From assembly GCF_039383305.1 (NCBI RefSeq), contig NZ_CP135009.1:150001-182000 (forward strand): 32,000 nucleotides of DNA. Direction: 5' to 3'. The stretch comes from Candidatus Saccharimonadota bacterium (GTDB taxonomy: Bacteria; Pseudomonadota; Gammaproteobacteria; Enterobacterales; Enterobacteriaceae). Position 1 is the stretch's first letter. Each line of letters begins with the position of its first letter. The position numbers and the translations under genes were made by a program. The notes beneath the pieces were generated by a model. The model did no database searches. It saw nothing but the letters and a program-made list of their open reading frames with translations, and had not been told where the DNA came from. Below are positions 1 to 9,928 of the stretch, piece by piece.

Positions 1-61
1 AAGTATATCATATTTTTATAGTTTTTAAATGTTGTAAGATTTTATGATTTTAAAATTTTTT

Positions 62-1249
62 TTAATTTTTCCATTTATTTAGAATTTTTTTAAAATGATT
101 ATTTTTTTCAGTTAACATACGTAAATTAAATAATTCTAAAGCATGAACAAAGTTAATATTTTTTTTTTTAGTATAATGTAAATTTTCAATATATTTTTGA
201 TATTTCCAAATTTTTGAAATAGAATGTAAAATATTTTTAGGGATACCCAACATAGTTGACATTTTTTTTAAAATTTTTTTTACTGAAATTAGATATGCAT
301 GAGTATTAGATAACTTATGAATATTTGTATAATTTTGAATTTTTTCTACTAAAAGATACCATAAAAATGCGGAAAATAAGAAAGAAATATTATTTAAAGT
401 TTTATTATTTAAAACATGTAGATCATTTTTTTTGAAAGCTTTTTTAATGATTTTTTTAGAAAAAATTTTATATTTTTTTTTAATATTTAAAAATAAAATA
501 GGTAGTAAATGTTTTATTAAATTATATTTTTTTAATTTTTTGTAAGTTTGATAACCGTTTCCATAACATAATAATTTAATTGATTCATTAAATAACCTTG
601 AAATAGGAATATTTTTTAATAAATAAGATAATTTTTTTAATGGTTGAGCTGTTTTATTAGTAATTTTCATATGAAATTGAACAGAAAATCGTATTACACG
701 TAACATACGAACTGGATCTTCTCTATATCGAGTTTCTGCATGTCCTATTAAACGAATAATTTTTTTTTTTAAATCTTGTAAACCTCCAACATAATCATAA
801 ATACATAAGTTTTTAACATTATAATATAATGCATTAATTGTAATATCTCGTCTATATACATCTTCTTCAATATTTCCATAAAAATTGTCTTTTAATAACA
901 TACCATCAATATTTTTCTTTTGAAAATTTTTATTTTTTTTGATATTTACAGTATATGTGGTACGAAATGTAGAAACTTCAATAATTTCATTTGAAAAGAA
1001 TAAATGAGCTATAATAAATCGACGTCCAATTAGTCTACAATTTTTAAAAATTTTTTGTATTTCATTAGGAGTTGCATTAGTAGAAATATCAAAATCTTTA
1101 GGGCGATTTTTTAACAATAAATCTCTAATACTTCCTCCCACTAAATAAGCTTCATATCCTAATTTATTTAATCGATATAAAACTTTGATAGAATTTTTAC
1201 TAATTTTTTTGAAATTTATGAAGTATTTTTTTTTTATAATCAAAGTCAT
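62..1249 (-). CDS. pcnB: poly(A) polymerase I
   Basis: 395-aa ORF with ATG start. The N-terminal half carries the PcnB-type nucleotidyltransferase blocks (YRLNKLGYEAYLVGGSIRDLLL, KPKDFDISTNATP, NCRLIGRRFIIAH). The RLxGRRF..AH block favours PcnB over CCA-adding enzyme. Comparison is from memory of E. coli PcnB. Confidence 0.88.
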   Translation of the reverse strand: MTLIIKKKYFINFKKISKNSIKVLYRLNKLGYEAYLVGGSIRDLLLKNRPKDFDISTNATPNEIQKIFKNCRLIGRRFIIAHLFFSNEIIEVSTFRTTYTVNIKKNKNFQKKNIDGMLLKDNFYGNIEEDVYRRDITINALYYNVKNLCIYDYVGGLQDLKKKIIRLIGHAETRYREDPVRMLRVIRFSVQFHMKITNKTAQPLKKLSYLLKNIPISRLFNESIKLLCYGNGYQTYKKLKKYNLIKHLLPILFLNIKKKYKIFSKKIIKKAFKKNDLHVLNNKTLNNISFLFSAFLWYLLVEKIQNYTNIHKLSNTHAYLISVKKILKKMSTMLGIPKNILHSISKIWKYQKYIENLHYTKKKNINFVHALELFNLRMLTEKNNHFKKILNKWKN

Positions 1250-1527
1250 TTTGATAGTTTTATAAATAATAATATGAGTATGATTTTTGAAAGATTTTCT
1301 CTTTAATTTATTATTTTTTTTAATAAAATGTTAATAAATTTTTTATATTTTTTAAAATTCTGTAGAAGAATTAAAATTTTTAATAAATTTTATATTTTTT
1401 TTATTTTGTAAAATTTTAAGATGTGATAAAATTTTTATAATATTTTAATATATCTAGAAATATAAAATTTTTAATTTTTAATTTTTTGTTATAAAAAAAA
1501 TTTTTTATTAAATATTTTTTATAATTT

Positions 1528-1980
1528 TTATCGATATATTTGTTTTTTTTTTAATTCTTCTAATGTTTTACAGTCAATACATAAATTTGCAGTAGGTTGA
1601 GCTTCTAATCTTTTAATTCCTATTTCAATATCACAAATTTTACAATATCCAAAAGTAAAATTTTCAATTCTTTTAAGAGTATTATTAATTTTTGTAATAA
1701 TTTTGTATTCTCGGTCTCGATTTTTTAATTCTAAATTTATTTCTTCTTCTTGTGATGCGCGATCGATAGGGTCAGGTAAATTAATTGATTTGTCTTGAAG
1801 ATTAGTAATATTTTTAGATAGTATTTTTAAATTTTTTTTTTTCCAAGTTTCTAAAATAATTTTAAAATGTTTAATTTGTTTTAAATTCATATATTTTTCA
1901 TTTTTTTTTTGTTGATATGGTTTTAAGCCAGCTTGTGATAAAATATTTAAAGAATTTTGATATATATTTTTTTTTTTCAT
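1528..1980 (-). CDS. dksA: RNA polymerase-binding transcription factor DksA
   Basis: 150 aa. Has the coiled-coil tip motif [11 protein letters not shown] and a C-terminal four-Cys zinc finger (CKICDIEIG...ANLCIDC), colinear with E. coli DksA. Confidence 0.93.
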   Translation of the reverse strand: MKKKNIYQNSLNILSQAGLKPYQQKKNEKYMNLKQIKHFKIILETWKKKNLKILSKNITNLQDKSINLPDPIDRASQEEEINLELKNRDREYKIITKINNTLKRIENFTFGYCKICDIEIGIKRLEAQPTANLCIDCKTLEELKKKQIYR

Positions 1981-2209
1981 TTTTTTAATCTTATATATTA
2001 ATGTTATGAAAAGTTAATTATTAATATTTTAAATTTTTTTTAATAGAATAAGAATACATATTTTTATTATTATGATTTTATAAAAAATATTTATATATTT
2101 TATAAAAATATTAAATTGAGAATATATAATATATTTTTTTAAAATTATATTAAAAAAATATTTTTATAAAAAATATTTTAAAAATTATATCATAAAATTA
2201 GGATTAAAT

Positions 2210-3013
2210 ATGAAATTTGTTTGTGGTGTACAATATAATGGAAGTTTATATAAAGGATGGCAAAAACAACATTCTATACCTACTATTCAGTATTTTTTAG
2301 AAAAAGCTATATCAGAAATCGCTAATCATTCTATTCATGTAATTTGTGCTGGACGCACAGATAGTGGGGTGCATAGTTTTGGGCAAGTAGTACACTTTGA
2401 AACTCTAGCAAAAAGAAGTTTAATTGTATGGTTTCGAGGAATTAATGCTTTATTACCAAAAGATATTACCATATTATGGATTAAAAAAATTTCTAAAAAT
2501 TTTAATGCAAGATTTTCTGCAATAGCACGTTTTTATCGATATATTATATTTAATCATACTTTACGTTCTAGTTTTTTTCTAGAATATTATTATTATGTAT
2601 ATAAATTTTTAAATATCTTTAAGATGAAAAAAGTAAGTCAATATTTATTAGGTGAACATAATTTTTTAAATTTTGAAGGTAGCCAGAAAAATTTTAAAAA
2701 TTGTACATATCGTAAAATTTTTAAAATATGTATATTTCGTATAAAAAAATTTATTATTATTGATATAGTAGCTAATTCTTTTTTGTATCATATGGTGCGA
2801 AATATTGTAGGAGCTTTATTATTAGTTGGATTATCAAAAAAATCTGAATTTTGGTTTAAAAATCTTTTATATTCAAAAGATTCTGAAAAAGTTTATACAA
2901 CAGTTCCTGCATGTGGGTTATATTTAATGGCAGTAATTTATCCGGATTATTTTGGTATCCCAATATATTTTTCAAAAGAAAGATTTAAAGATTTTTTTTC
3001 GTTTTTTTATTAA
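2210..3013 (+). CDS. truA: tRNA pseudouridine(38-40) synthase TruA
   Basis: 267 aa. Contains the catalytic-Asp motif GRTDSGVHS and a later HMVRNIVG block. AGGA-like RBS about 5-10 nt upstream of the ATG. Confidence 0.9.
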   Translation: MKFVCGVQYNGSLYKGWQKQHSIPTIQYFLEKAISEIANHSIHVICAGRTDSGVHSFGQVVHFETLAKRSLIVWFRGINALLPKDITILWIKKISKNFNARFSAIARFYRYIIFNHTLRSSFFLEYYYYVYKFLNIFKMKKVSQYLLGEHNFLNFEGSQKNFKNCTYRKIFKICIFRIKKFIIIDIVANSFLYHMVRNIVGALLLVGLSKKSEFWFKNLLYSKDSEKVYTTVPACGLYLMAVIYPDYFGIPIYFSKERFKDFFSFFY

Positions 3014-3138
3014 AAAAAATAAAAAAATATTTTTAACATTTTTTTTTAAAAAAATATAATATTTTATTATGAATCTTTTTGTAATCTTAAATTATGAAAA
3101 TATTTATATCACATTATTAAAGATATGAGACTTGGTAA

Positions 3139-5736
3139 ATGTTAGGTAAATTTTTTAAAGAATTTTTCATAAGTAGTAATCAAAAAATTTTAAATTCTTT
3201 TCAACCTTTAATTGATAAAATTAATAAATTAGAAGATTTTTTTAGTAAGTTAACTGATCAAGAATTGCATGATAAAACTTTAGAATTTCGTAGACGTTTT
3301 CGAAATTCTGATACTTTAGATATGTTATTACCTGAAGCTTTTGCAACAGTACGTGAAGCTAGTAAACGTGTTTTAGGAATGAGACATTTTGATGTTCAAT
3401 TATTAGGAGGAATTGTTTTACATTATCAAGCAATTGCAGAAATGCGTACCGGGGAAGGAAAAACTTTAACAGCAACTTTACCTTCTTATTTGCATTCTTT
3501 AGCTGGTAAAGGTGTTCATGTAATTACAATGAATGATTATTTAGCTGAACGAGATGCAAAAAAAAATAGTATTTTATTTAATTTTTTAGGTGTTTCAGTT
3601 GGACTTAACATACATGGATTATCTGCTTTAAAAAAGAAAATTGCATATCAAGCGGATATTACATATGGAACAAATCATGAGTATGGTTTTGATTATTTAC
3701 GTGATAATATGATTTTTCAACATTCGGATAAAGTTCAAAGAACATTATATTACGCATTAATAGATGAAGTTGATTCTATTTTAATTGATGAAGCTAGAAC
3801 TCCATTAGTTATTTCAGGTGCAATACAAGATAATACTGAATTATATAAAAGTATTAATACTTTAATTATTTTTTTGATTCCAAAAAATTTTTTAAATAAA
3901 TCTTTAAGTGTTAAAAAAAATAAAAATTTTATAATCGATTATAAAAAACGTCAAGTACATTTAACTGAAGCGGGTATGAAAGAAATTGAAAATTTATTAG
4001 TAGAAAAAAAATTTTTATCCAATATTGATTCTTTATATACTCCTAAAAATATAAATTTATTATATCATATTTTAATTGCTTTACGTGCTCATTTATTATT
4101 TTTTAAAAATATTGATTATTTAGTTATAAATAAAAAAGTAATTATAGTTGATGAACATACAGGTCGTATTGTACCGGAAAGACGTTGGTCTGATGGTTTA
4201 CATCAAGCTATTGAAGCAAAAGAAAATATATTTATACATAATGAAAATAAAACTTTAGCTTCAATTACATTGCAAAATTATTTTAGATTATATGAAAAAT
4301 TATGTGGAATGACGGGTACAGCGATTACCGAAGCATATGAATTTAATTCTATTTATAATTTAAATACTGTTGTTATACCCCCTAATAAACCAATGATTCG
4401 TAATGATTTGTCAGATTTAGTCTACATTACTGAAAAAGAAAAAATAAAAGCAATAATTCAAGATATTTGTCAATGTGTAAAACGTAAACAACCTGTTTTA
4501 GTTGGTACTGTATCAATTGAAAAGTCTGAAATTATTTCTAATTTATTAAAAAAAAAGAAAATTATTCATAATGTCTTAAATGCAAAATTTCATTCTCAAG
4601 AAGCACAAATTATTGCTTATGCAGGTCAATTATCAGCAGTTACAATTGCTACAAATATGGCTGGTCGTGGTACAGATATTGTTTTAGGTGGTTCTTTTTT
4701 ATATGAAATTAAAGATTGTAATTTAATGAATTTAAAGAATTTTCAGATAATACAAAAAAAAAATTGGAAAAAAAAACATAAATTAGTTGTTAAAACGGGG
4801 GGTTTACATATTATCGGGACAGAACGGCATGAATCTCGACGAATTGATAATCAATTATGTGGACGTAGTGGACGACAAGGAGATCCGGGATCATCTAGAT
4901 TTTATCTTTCTTTAGAAGATTCTTTAATGAAATTATTTATTTCTAAAAAAACAATTCAAATGATGTATTCTTTAGGTATTACTGAGGCGCAAGTAATAGA
5001 ACATCCATGGGTTAGTAAAGCTATTGAAAATGCTCAAAAAAGATTAGAAAATCAAAATTTTAATTTACGTAAACAATTATTAGAATATGATGATATTTTA
5101 AATGAACAAAGACAAGTAATATATCATGAACGCAGAAAAATTATGAATAGTAAAAATTTAAAATCATATATTTTAAATTTGATTAAAATTGTTTTAGTTA
5201 ATATGTTAAAGAAATTAATTTATGTTAAAGAGTTTAAATTTTTGAATGTTTCTAAATTATCTTATATTTTAAAAAAAAAATTTTATTACACCCGTACTTT
5301 AGACATTATTATAAAAAATAATAAACTTATTAATTCTAAAATATCAATTTTACAAGATATTTTAATAAAAGAAATTTTAAAACATTATATATATCAAATA
5401 AGATCTATAGAATATAAATATAGTTCTATTATTGAAAAACATATTATTTTGCTAATATTTGATTTTTTTTGGCAAGAACATTTAAATATTACAGAATCTT
5501 TACGACAAAGTATTCATTTAAGAAGTTATGCTCAAAAAAATCCAAAACAAGAATATAGACAGGAATCATTTTTAATTTTTAAAAATATGTTACATAATAT
5601 TAAAGAAGATATTGTTAAAAATATTTTTAAAATTTTTTTTATAGATTTTCCAGAAAAAAAATTTTTATATCAAAATTGTATTTTACATAAGGATTTTGAA
5701 ACTTTAAATTTATTATTAAAAAAAATAAAATTATAA
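3139..5736 (+). CDS. secA: preprotein translocase ATPase SecA
   Basis: 865 aa. Motifs seen: Walker A MRTGEGKTL, LIDEVDSILIDEARTPLVISG, TNMAGRGTDI, GGLHIIGTERHESRRIDNQLCGRSGRQGDPG. N terminus is colinear with E. coli SecA. Confidence 0.97.
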   Translation: MLGKFFKEFFISSNQKILNSFQPLIDKINKLEDFFSKLTDQELHDKTLEFRRRFRNSDTLDMLLPEAFATVREASKRVLGMRHFDVQLLGGIVLHYQAIAEMRTGEGKTLTATLPSYLHSLAGKGVHVITMNDYLAERDAKKNSILFNFLGVSVGLNIHGLSALKKKIAYQADITYGTNHEYGFDYLRDNMIFQHSDKVQRTLYYALIDEVDSILIDEARTPLVISGAIQDNTELYKSINTLIIFLIPKNFLNKSLSVKKNKNFIIDYKKRQVHLTEAGMKEIENLLVEKKFLSNIDSLYTPKNINLLYHILIALRAHLLFFKNIDYLVINKKVIIVDEHTGRIVPERRWSDGLHQAIEAKENIFIHNENKTLASITLQNYFRLYEKLCGMTGTAITEAYEFNSIYNLNTVVIPPNKPMIRNDLSDLVYITEKEKIKAIIQDICQCVKRKQPVLVGTVSIEKSEIISNLLKKKKIIHNVLNAKFHSQEAQIIAYAGQLSAVTIATNMAGRGTDIVLGGSFLYEIKDCNLMNLKNFQIIQKKNWKKKHKLVVKTGGLHIIGTERHESRRIDNQLCGRSGRQGDPGSSRFYLSLEDSLMKLFISKKTIQMMYSLGITEAQVIEHPWVSKAIENAQKRLENQNFNLRKQLLEYDDILNEQRQVIYHERRKIMNSKNLKSYILNLIKIVLVNMLKKLIYVKEFKFLNVSKLSYILKKKFYYTRTLDIIIKNNKLINSKISILQDILIKEILKHYIYQIRSIEYKYSSIIEKHIILLIFDFFWQEHLNITESLRQSIHLRSYAQKNPKQEYRQESFLIFKNMLHNIKEDIVKNIFKIFFIDFPEKKFLYQNCILHKDFETLNLLLKKIKL

Positions 5737-5894
5737 AAATAAAAATTTTAATAATTTTTAAAAAAAATATATGAGTAGTATTTTAAATTTTATATTTTTT
5801 AAAAAATTTATAAAATTTTTTTAATAATGTTTATATATTATATAGAAAATATTATATTTTTAGAAGATAAAGTATTAATATAAGGATTTTATTT

Positions 5895-8567
5895 ATGATA
5901 ACTAATATTTTTCATGATATTGATCCTATAGAAACGGATGAATGGATTAAATCAGTTGAAAATGTTTTATTAAAAGATGGTAAAGAACGTATTATTTTTT
6001 TAATACATAAAATTTTAAATATTTTATTAAAGAAAGGATATAAAAATATTTTAAATTTTGAGGAGTTTAATTTTTTAAATACCATTCATTTAGATGATGA
6101 ACCTAAATATCCCGGAAATTTAGTTTTAGAAAAAAAGATTTGTTCTTTTGTGCGTTGGAATGCAGTGATGTTAGTGTTAAGAGCTTCTAAAAAAAATAAA
6201 GATTTAGGAGGTCATTTATCTTCTTTTCAGTCTTCAGCTCTTATTTATGAAGTTTGTTTTAATCATTTTTTTAGAGCTTCTAATGAATTTGATAGTGGAG
6301 ATTTTATATATTTTCAAGGACATATTTCTCCTGGAATTTATGCTAGAGCGTTTTTAGAAGGACGATTAAAAGCTTCTGAATTAGATTATTTTCGTCAAGA
6401 ATCATATCAAAAAGGTTTATCTTCTTATCCTCATCCTAAATTAATGCCTCATTTTTGGCAATTTCCAACAGTTTCTATGGGTTTAAGTGCTATTTCGTCT
6501 ATTTATCAGGCTCGTTTTTTAAAATATTTATTTAATCGAAATTTAAAAGATACATCTCGTCAAAAAGTGTATGCTTTTTTAGGAGATGGGGAAATGGATG
6601 AACCAGAATCTAAAGGAGCTATATTAATAGCAGCTCGAGAACAATTAGATAATTTAATTTTTGTAATTAATTGTAATTTACAAAGATTAGATGGTCCTGT
6701 ATTTGGAAATGGAAAAATTATTCAAGAATTAGAGAAATTTTTTTTAGGAGCCGGATGGTATGTAATAAAAGTTATTTGGGGAAGTAAATGGGATATTTTA
6801 TTAAAAAAAGATCATTTAAATTTTTTAAAAAAGTTAATGATTGAAACTGTAGATGGAGATTACCAAACATTTCGTTCTAAAACTGGAGAATATATTCGAA
6901 AAAATTTTTTTAATAAATATTTTGAAACTTCTCAATTAGTAAAAAATATGACGAATGAAGAAATTTGGAATTTAAATCATGGCGGTCATGATGCAAAAAA
7001 AATTTATGCTGCTTTTAATTTGGCATTAAAGATACAAAAAAAACCTGTTGTAATTTTAATACATACGATTAAAGGATATGGATTAGGCTCTTTAGTTGAA
7101 GGTAAAAACAATTCACACCAAATTAAAAATATGAATTTTTCTGATTTAAGGAAATTTGCAAAACATTTAAAAATTTCTAATATATCAATAAATTTTGAAG
7201 AACTTCCATATTTACAATTTTCTAGTTCTTCAGATGAATTTAGATATTTACATAATCAACGAAAAAAATTATACGGTTATTTACCTAAGCGTTTAAAAAA
7301 ATTTTCTGAAATTTTGAGTTTACCTACTTTAAATGATTTTTCTTCTTTATTAAAAAATTTTTTAAAACCTTTTTCTACTACTATGGCTTTTGTTAAGATT
7401 TTAAATATTTTATTAAATTTTGATTTTATTAAAGATAGAATTGTACCTATTATTGCTGATGAAGCTCGTACATTTGGGATGGAAAGTTTATTTCGAAAAA
7501 TAGGGATTTATAATTTTCAAGGTCAAAAATATATTCCAGAAGATCAAGGGAAATTATTATGTTATCGAGAATCAAAAAATGGTCAAATTTTACAAGAAGG
7601 TATTAATGAATTAGGGGCTGCTTCTTCGTGGTTAGCTGCAGCTACTTCTTATAGTACGAATGATTTTCCTATGATTCCTTTTTATATTTTTTATTCTATG
7701 TTTGGATTTCAAAGAATTGGAGATTTATTATGGTCTGCTGGAGATCAACAAGCCCGAGGTTTTTTGATTGGAGCAACGTCTGGACGTACTACACTTAATG
7801 GAGAAGGATTACAACATGCAGATGGTCATAGTCATATTTATTCTTTAACGATTCCTAATTGTGTTTCATATGATCCCGCTTATCATTATGAGTTAATAGT
7901 TATTATTTATAATGGTTTATATCGTATGTATGGTGTGAATCAAGAAAATATTTTTTATTATATTACGACTATGAATGAAAATTATTGTATGCCTTTTTTA
8001 AAATTATCTACTCAAATTCAAAAAGGTATTTGTCAAGGAATTTATTTATTAAAATATTTTCCTGGAAAAAATGGTGTAGTACAATTATTAGGATCTGGAG
8101 CTTTGTTAAGAATTGTAAAAAAAGCTGCAAAAATTTTAATGAATCAATATAATATTTCTTCTTATGTGTATAGTGTGACTTCATTTACTGAATTAGCGCG
8201 AAATGGTCAAGATTGTACTCGTTGGAATTTTTTAAATATTAATTTAAAACAAAAAATTCCTTATGTAACTTCTGTTTTAAAAAATTATCCTACAGTTGCA
8301 GTTACAGATTATATGAAAATTTATGCCGAACAAATACGAGCTTATATACCTTCTTCTTTTTTTTATGTATTAGGTACTGATGGTTTTGGACGTTCAGATA
8401 GTCGCAAAAAATTACGTAATTTTTTCGAAATTAATGAAGGTTATATTGTAAGTGTATCTTTATATTTATTGATTCAACAAGGAGTAAAAATAGATTCTCA
8501 AATTTTATTACAAGCATTTAAAAGTTTTGATATTTCTTCAGAAAAAAGTAATCCTAGAGTAATGTAA
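5895..8567 (+). CDS. aceE: pyruvate dehydrogenase E1 component
   Basis: 890 aa. N terminus DIDPIETDEWIKS matches the AceE start. ThDP-binding region GDGEMDEPES...NCNLQRLDGPV is present. AAGGA RBS at 5882-5886. Confidence 0.96.
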   Translation: MITNIFHDIDPIETDEWIKSVENVLLKDGKERIIFLIHKILNILLKKGYKNILNFEEFNFLNTIHLDDEPKYPGNLVLEKKICSFVRWNAVMLVLRASKKNKDLGGHLSSFQSSALIYEVCFNHFFRASNEFDSGDFIYFQGHISPGIYARAFLEGRLKASELDYFRQESYQKGLSSYPHPKLMPHFWQFPTVSMGLSAISSIYQARFLKYLFNRNLKDTSRQKVYAFLGDGEMDEPESKGAILIAAREQLDNLIFVINCNLQRLDGPVFGNGKIIQELEKFFLGAGWYVIKVIWGSKWDILLKKDHLNFLKKLMIETVDGDYQTFRSKTGEYIRKNFFNKYFETSQLVKNMTNEEIWNLNHGGHDAKKIYAAFNLALKIQKKPVVILIHTIKGYGLGSLVEGKNNSHQIKNMNFSDLRKFAKHLKISNISINFEELPYLQFSSSSDEFRYLHNQRKKLYGYLPKRLKKFSEILSLPTLNDFSSLLKNFLKPFSTTMAFVKILNILLNFDFIKDRIVPIIADEARTFGMESLFRKIGIYNFQGQKYIPEDQGKLLCYRESKNGQILQEGINELGAASSWLAAATSYSTNDFPMIPFYIFYSMFGFQRIGDLLWSAGDQQARGFLIGATSGRTTLNGEGLQHADGHSHIYSLTIPNCVSYDPAYHYELIVIIYNGLYRMYGVNQENIFYYITTMNENYCMPFLKLSTQIQKGICQGIYLLKYFPGKNGVVQLLGSGALLRIVKKAAKILMNQYNISSYVYSVTSFTELARNGQDCTRWNFLNINLKQKIPYVTSVLKNYPTVAVTDYMKIYAEQIRAYIPSSFFYVLGTDGFGRSDSRKKLRNFFEINEGYIVSVSLYLLIQQGVKIDSQILLQAFKSFDISSEKSNPRVM

Positions 8568-8580
8568 GAGAGAAATATTT

Positions 8581-9840
8581 ATGAATATAAAAGTTTATGT
8601 CCCTGATATTGGTTTAGAAAATGTAGAAGTTATTGAAATTTTTGTTAAAGAAGGTGAGATTATATCAAAAGAAAAAATTTTATTAATAGTTGAAGGACAA
8701 AAATCTTCTATAGAAATTCCTTCACCTATATCTGGTAAAGTTCAAAAAATTTTAGTAAAAATTGGTGATATTGTTTCTTGTGGAACATTAATAATGTTAT
8801 GTAAAGAAAATAAAAATTCTATTGTAAAAAATTTTTTTTTAAAAAAAAATTCAGAAAAATTTAAAAATTCTGTTAAAATTCATAACAAAAAGGTAAAAGA
8901 TATTTCGAAGAATTTTTTTTTAAATCAAGAATTTTTTTTAAAAAATTTGATTTATGCTTCTCCTTTTATTCGTAGATTAGCATATTTAAAAGATATTGAT
9001 TTATCAAAAATTATAGGTAGTGGACGTAATGGTCGTATTTTAAAAGAAGATTTAATAAAATTTCATAATGTTCAAAATTTTAAAAATCTTAATAAAAAAA
9101 AAATTAAAAATCATAAATCTGATAATAATCATATTTCTAAATTAAAAAATATTTATTTTTTAACTTCTATACAAAAAGCATCTGGTTATAATTTATTAAA
9201 AAATTGGAAAAATATTCCTCATGTTACTCAATTTGATGAAGTAGATATTACAGAATTAGAAAATTTTCGTAATTCTGAGAGTTTAAAAAATTTTAAAAAT
9301 ATTAAAAATTTTAAAGTTACTTTATTATCATTTATAATTAAAGTTATTGGATTTGTTTTAAAGAAATTCCCTTTATTTAATAGTTCATTAGATTTAAGTA
9401 ATCATAGTGTTATATTACATAATAACATAAATATTGGAATTGCAATGGAATCTTCTGAAGGATTATTAGTACCTGTTTTAAAAGATATACCTAATAAAAA
9501 TATTTTTGAAATAGCTAAATTATTAAAAAAATTTTCGAATAAAGTTCAAAAAAAAAAAATTTCTATATTAGATATGAAAGATGGCACTTTTACAATTTCT
9601 AGTTTAGGAAATTTAGGAGGTACTGGATTTACACCAATTATTAAATCTCCTGAAGTAGGTATTTTAGGAATATCTAAGGCTCAAATTAAGCCTATTTGGA
9701 TAACAAGTAAATTTGTTCCGCGTTTAATTTTGCCATTTTCTATGTCGTATGATCATAGAGTTATTGATGGTGCAAATGCAGTACGTTTTATGGTTTTTTT
9801 TAAAAAATGCCTTACTGATATTCGACTTTTATTATTATAA
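8581..9840 (+). CDS. aceF: dihydrolipoamide acetyltransferase (PDH E2), single lipoyl domain
   Basis: 419 aa. One lipoyl domain (VEGQKSSIEIPSP), a peripheral subunit-binding domain (ASPFIRRLA...GSGRNGRILKEDL) and a catalytic core with DHRVIDGA. Starts 13 nt after the aceE stop. Confidence 0.95.
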   Translation: MNIKVYVPDIGLENVEVIEIFVKEGEIISKEKILLIVEGQKSSIEIPSPISGKVQKILVKIGDIVSCGTLIMLCKENKNSIVKNFFLKKNSEKFKNSVKIHNKKVKDISKNFFLNQEFFLKNLIYASPFIRRLAYLKDIDLSKIIGSGRNGRILKEDLIKFHNVQNFKNLNKKKIKNHKSDNNHISKLKNIYFLTSIQKASGYNLLKNWKNIPHVTQFDEVDITELENFRNSESLKNFKNIKNFKVTLLSFIIKVIGFVLKKFPLFNSSLDLSNHSVILHNNINIGIAMESSEGLLVPVLKDIPNKNIFEIAKLLKKFSNKVQKKKISILDMKDGTFTISSLGNLGGTGFTPIIKSPEVGILGISKAQIKPIWITSKFVPRLILPFSMSYDHRVIDGANAVRFMVFFKKCLTDIRLLLL

Positions 9841-9928
9841 TATTTGAGATAGTAGAGATTTTTTTTAAAAAAAATATTTAATTATAAATTGAATTTTTTT
9901 TATTAAAAACTAACAGAGTGTATAAATT

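Noticed and set aside
8832-8849. T9A9 element inside aceF resembling the intergenic T-run/A-run motif. Similar ones occur in lpdA around 10590 and in bamA around 24165.
   Set aside because: These lie in frame and encode Phe-Phe-Leu-Lys-Lys-type peptides. They also lack the A8+TAT ending. I excluded them from the motif count, but they show that composition alone generates T-run/A-run junctions, which is the main caveat on that finding.
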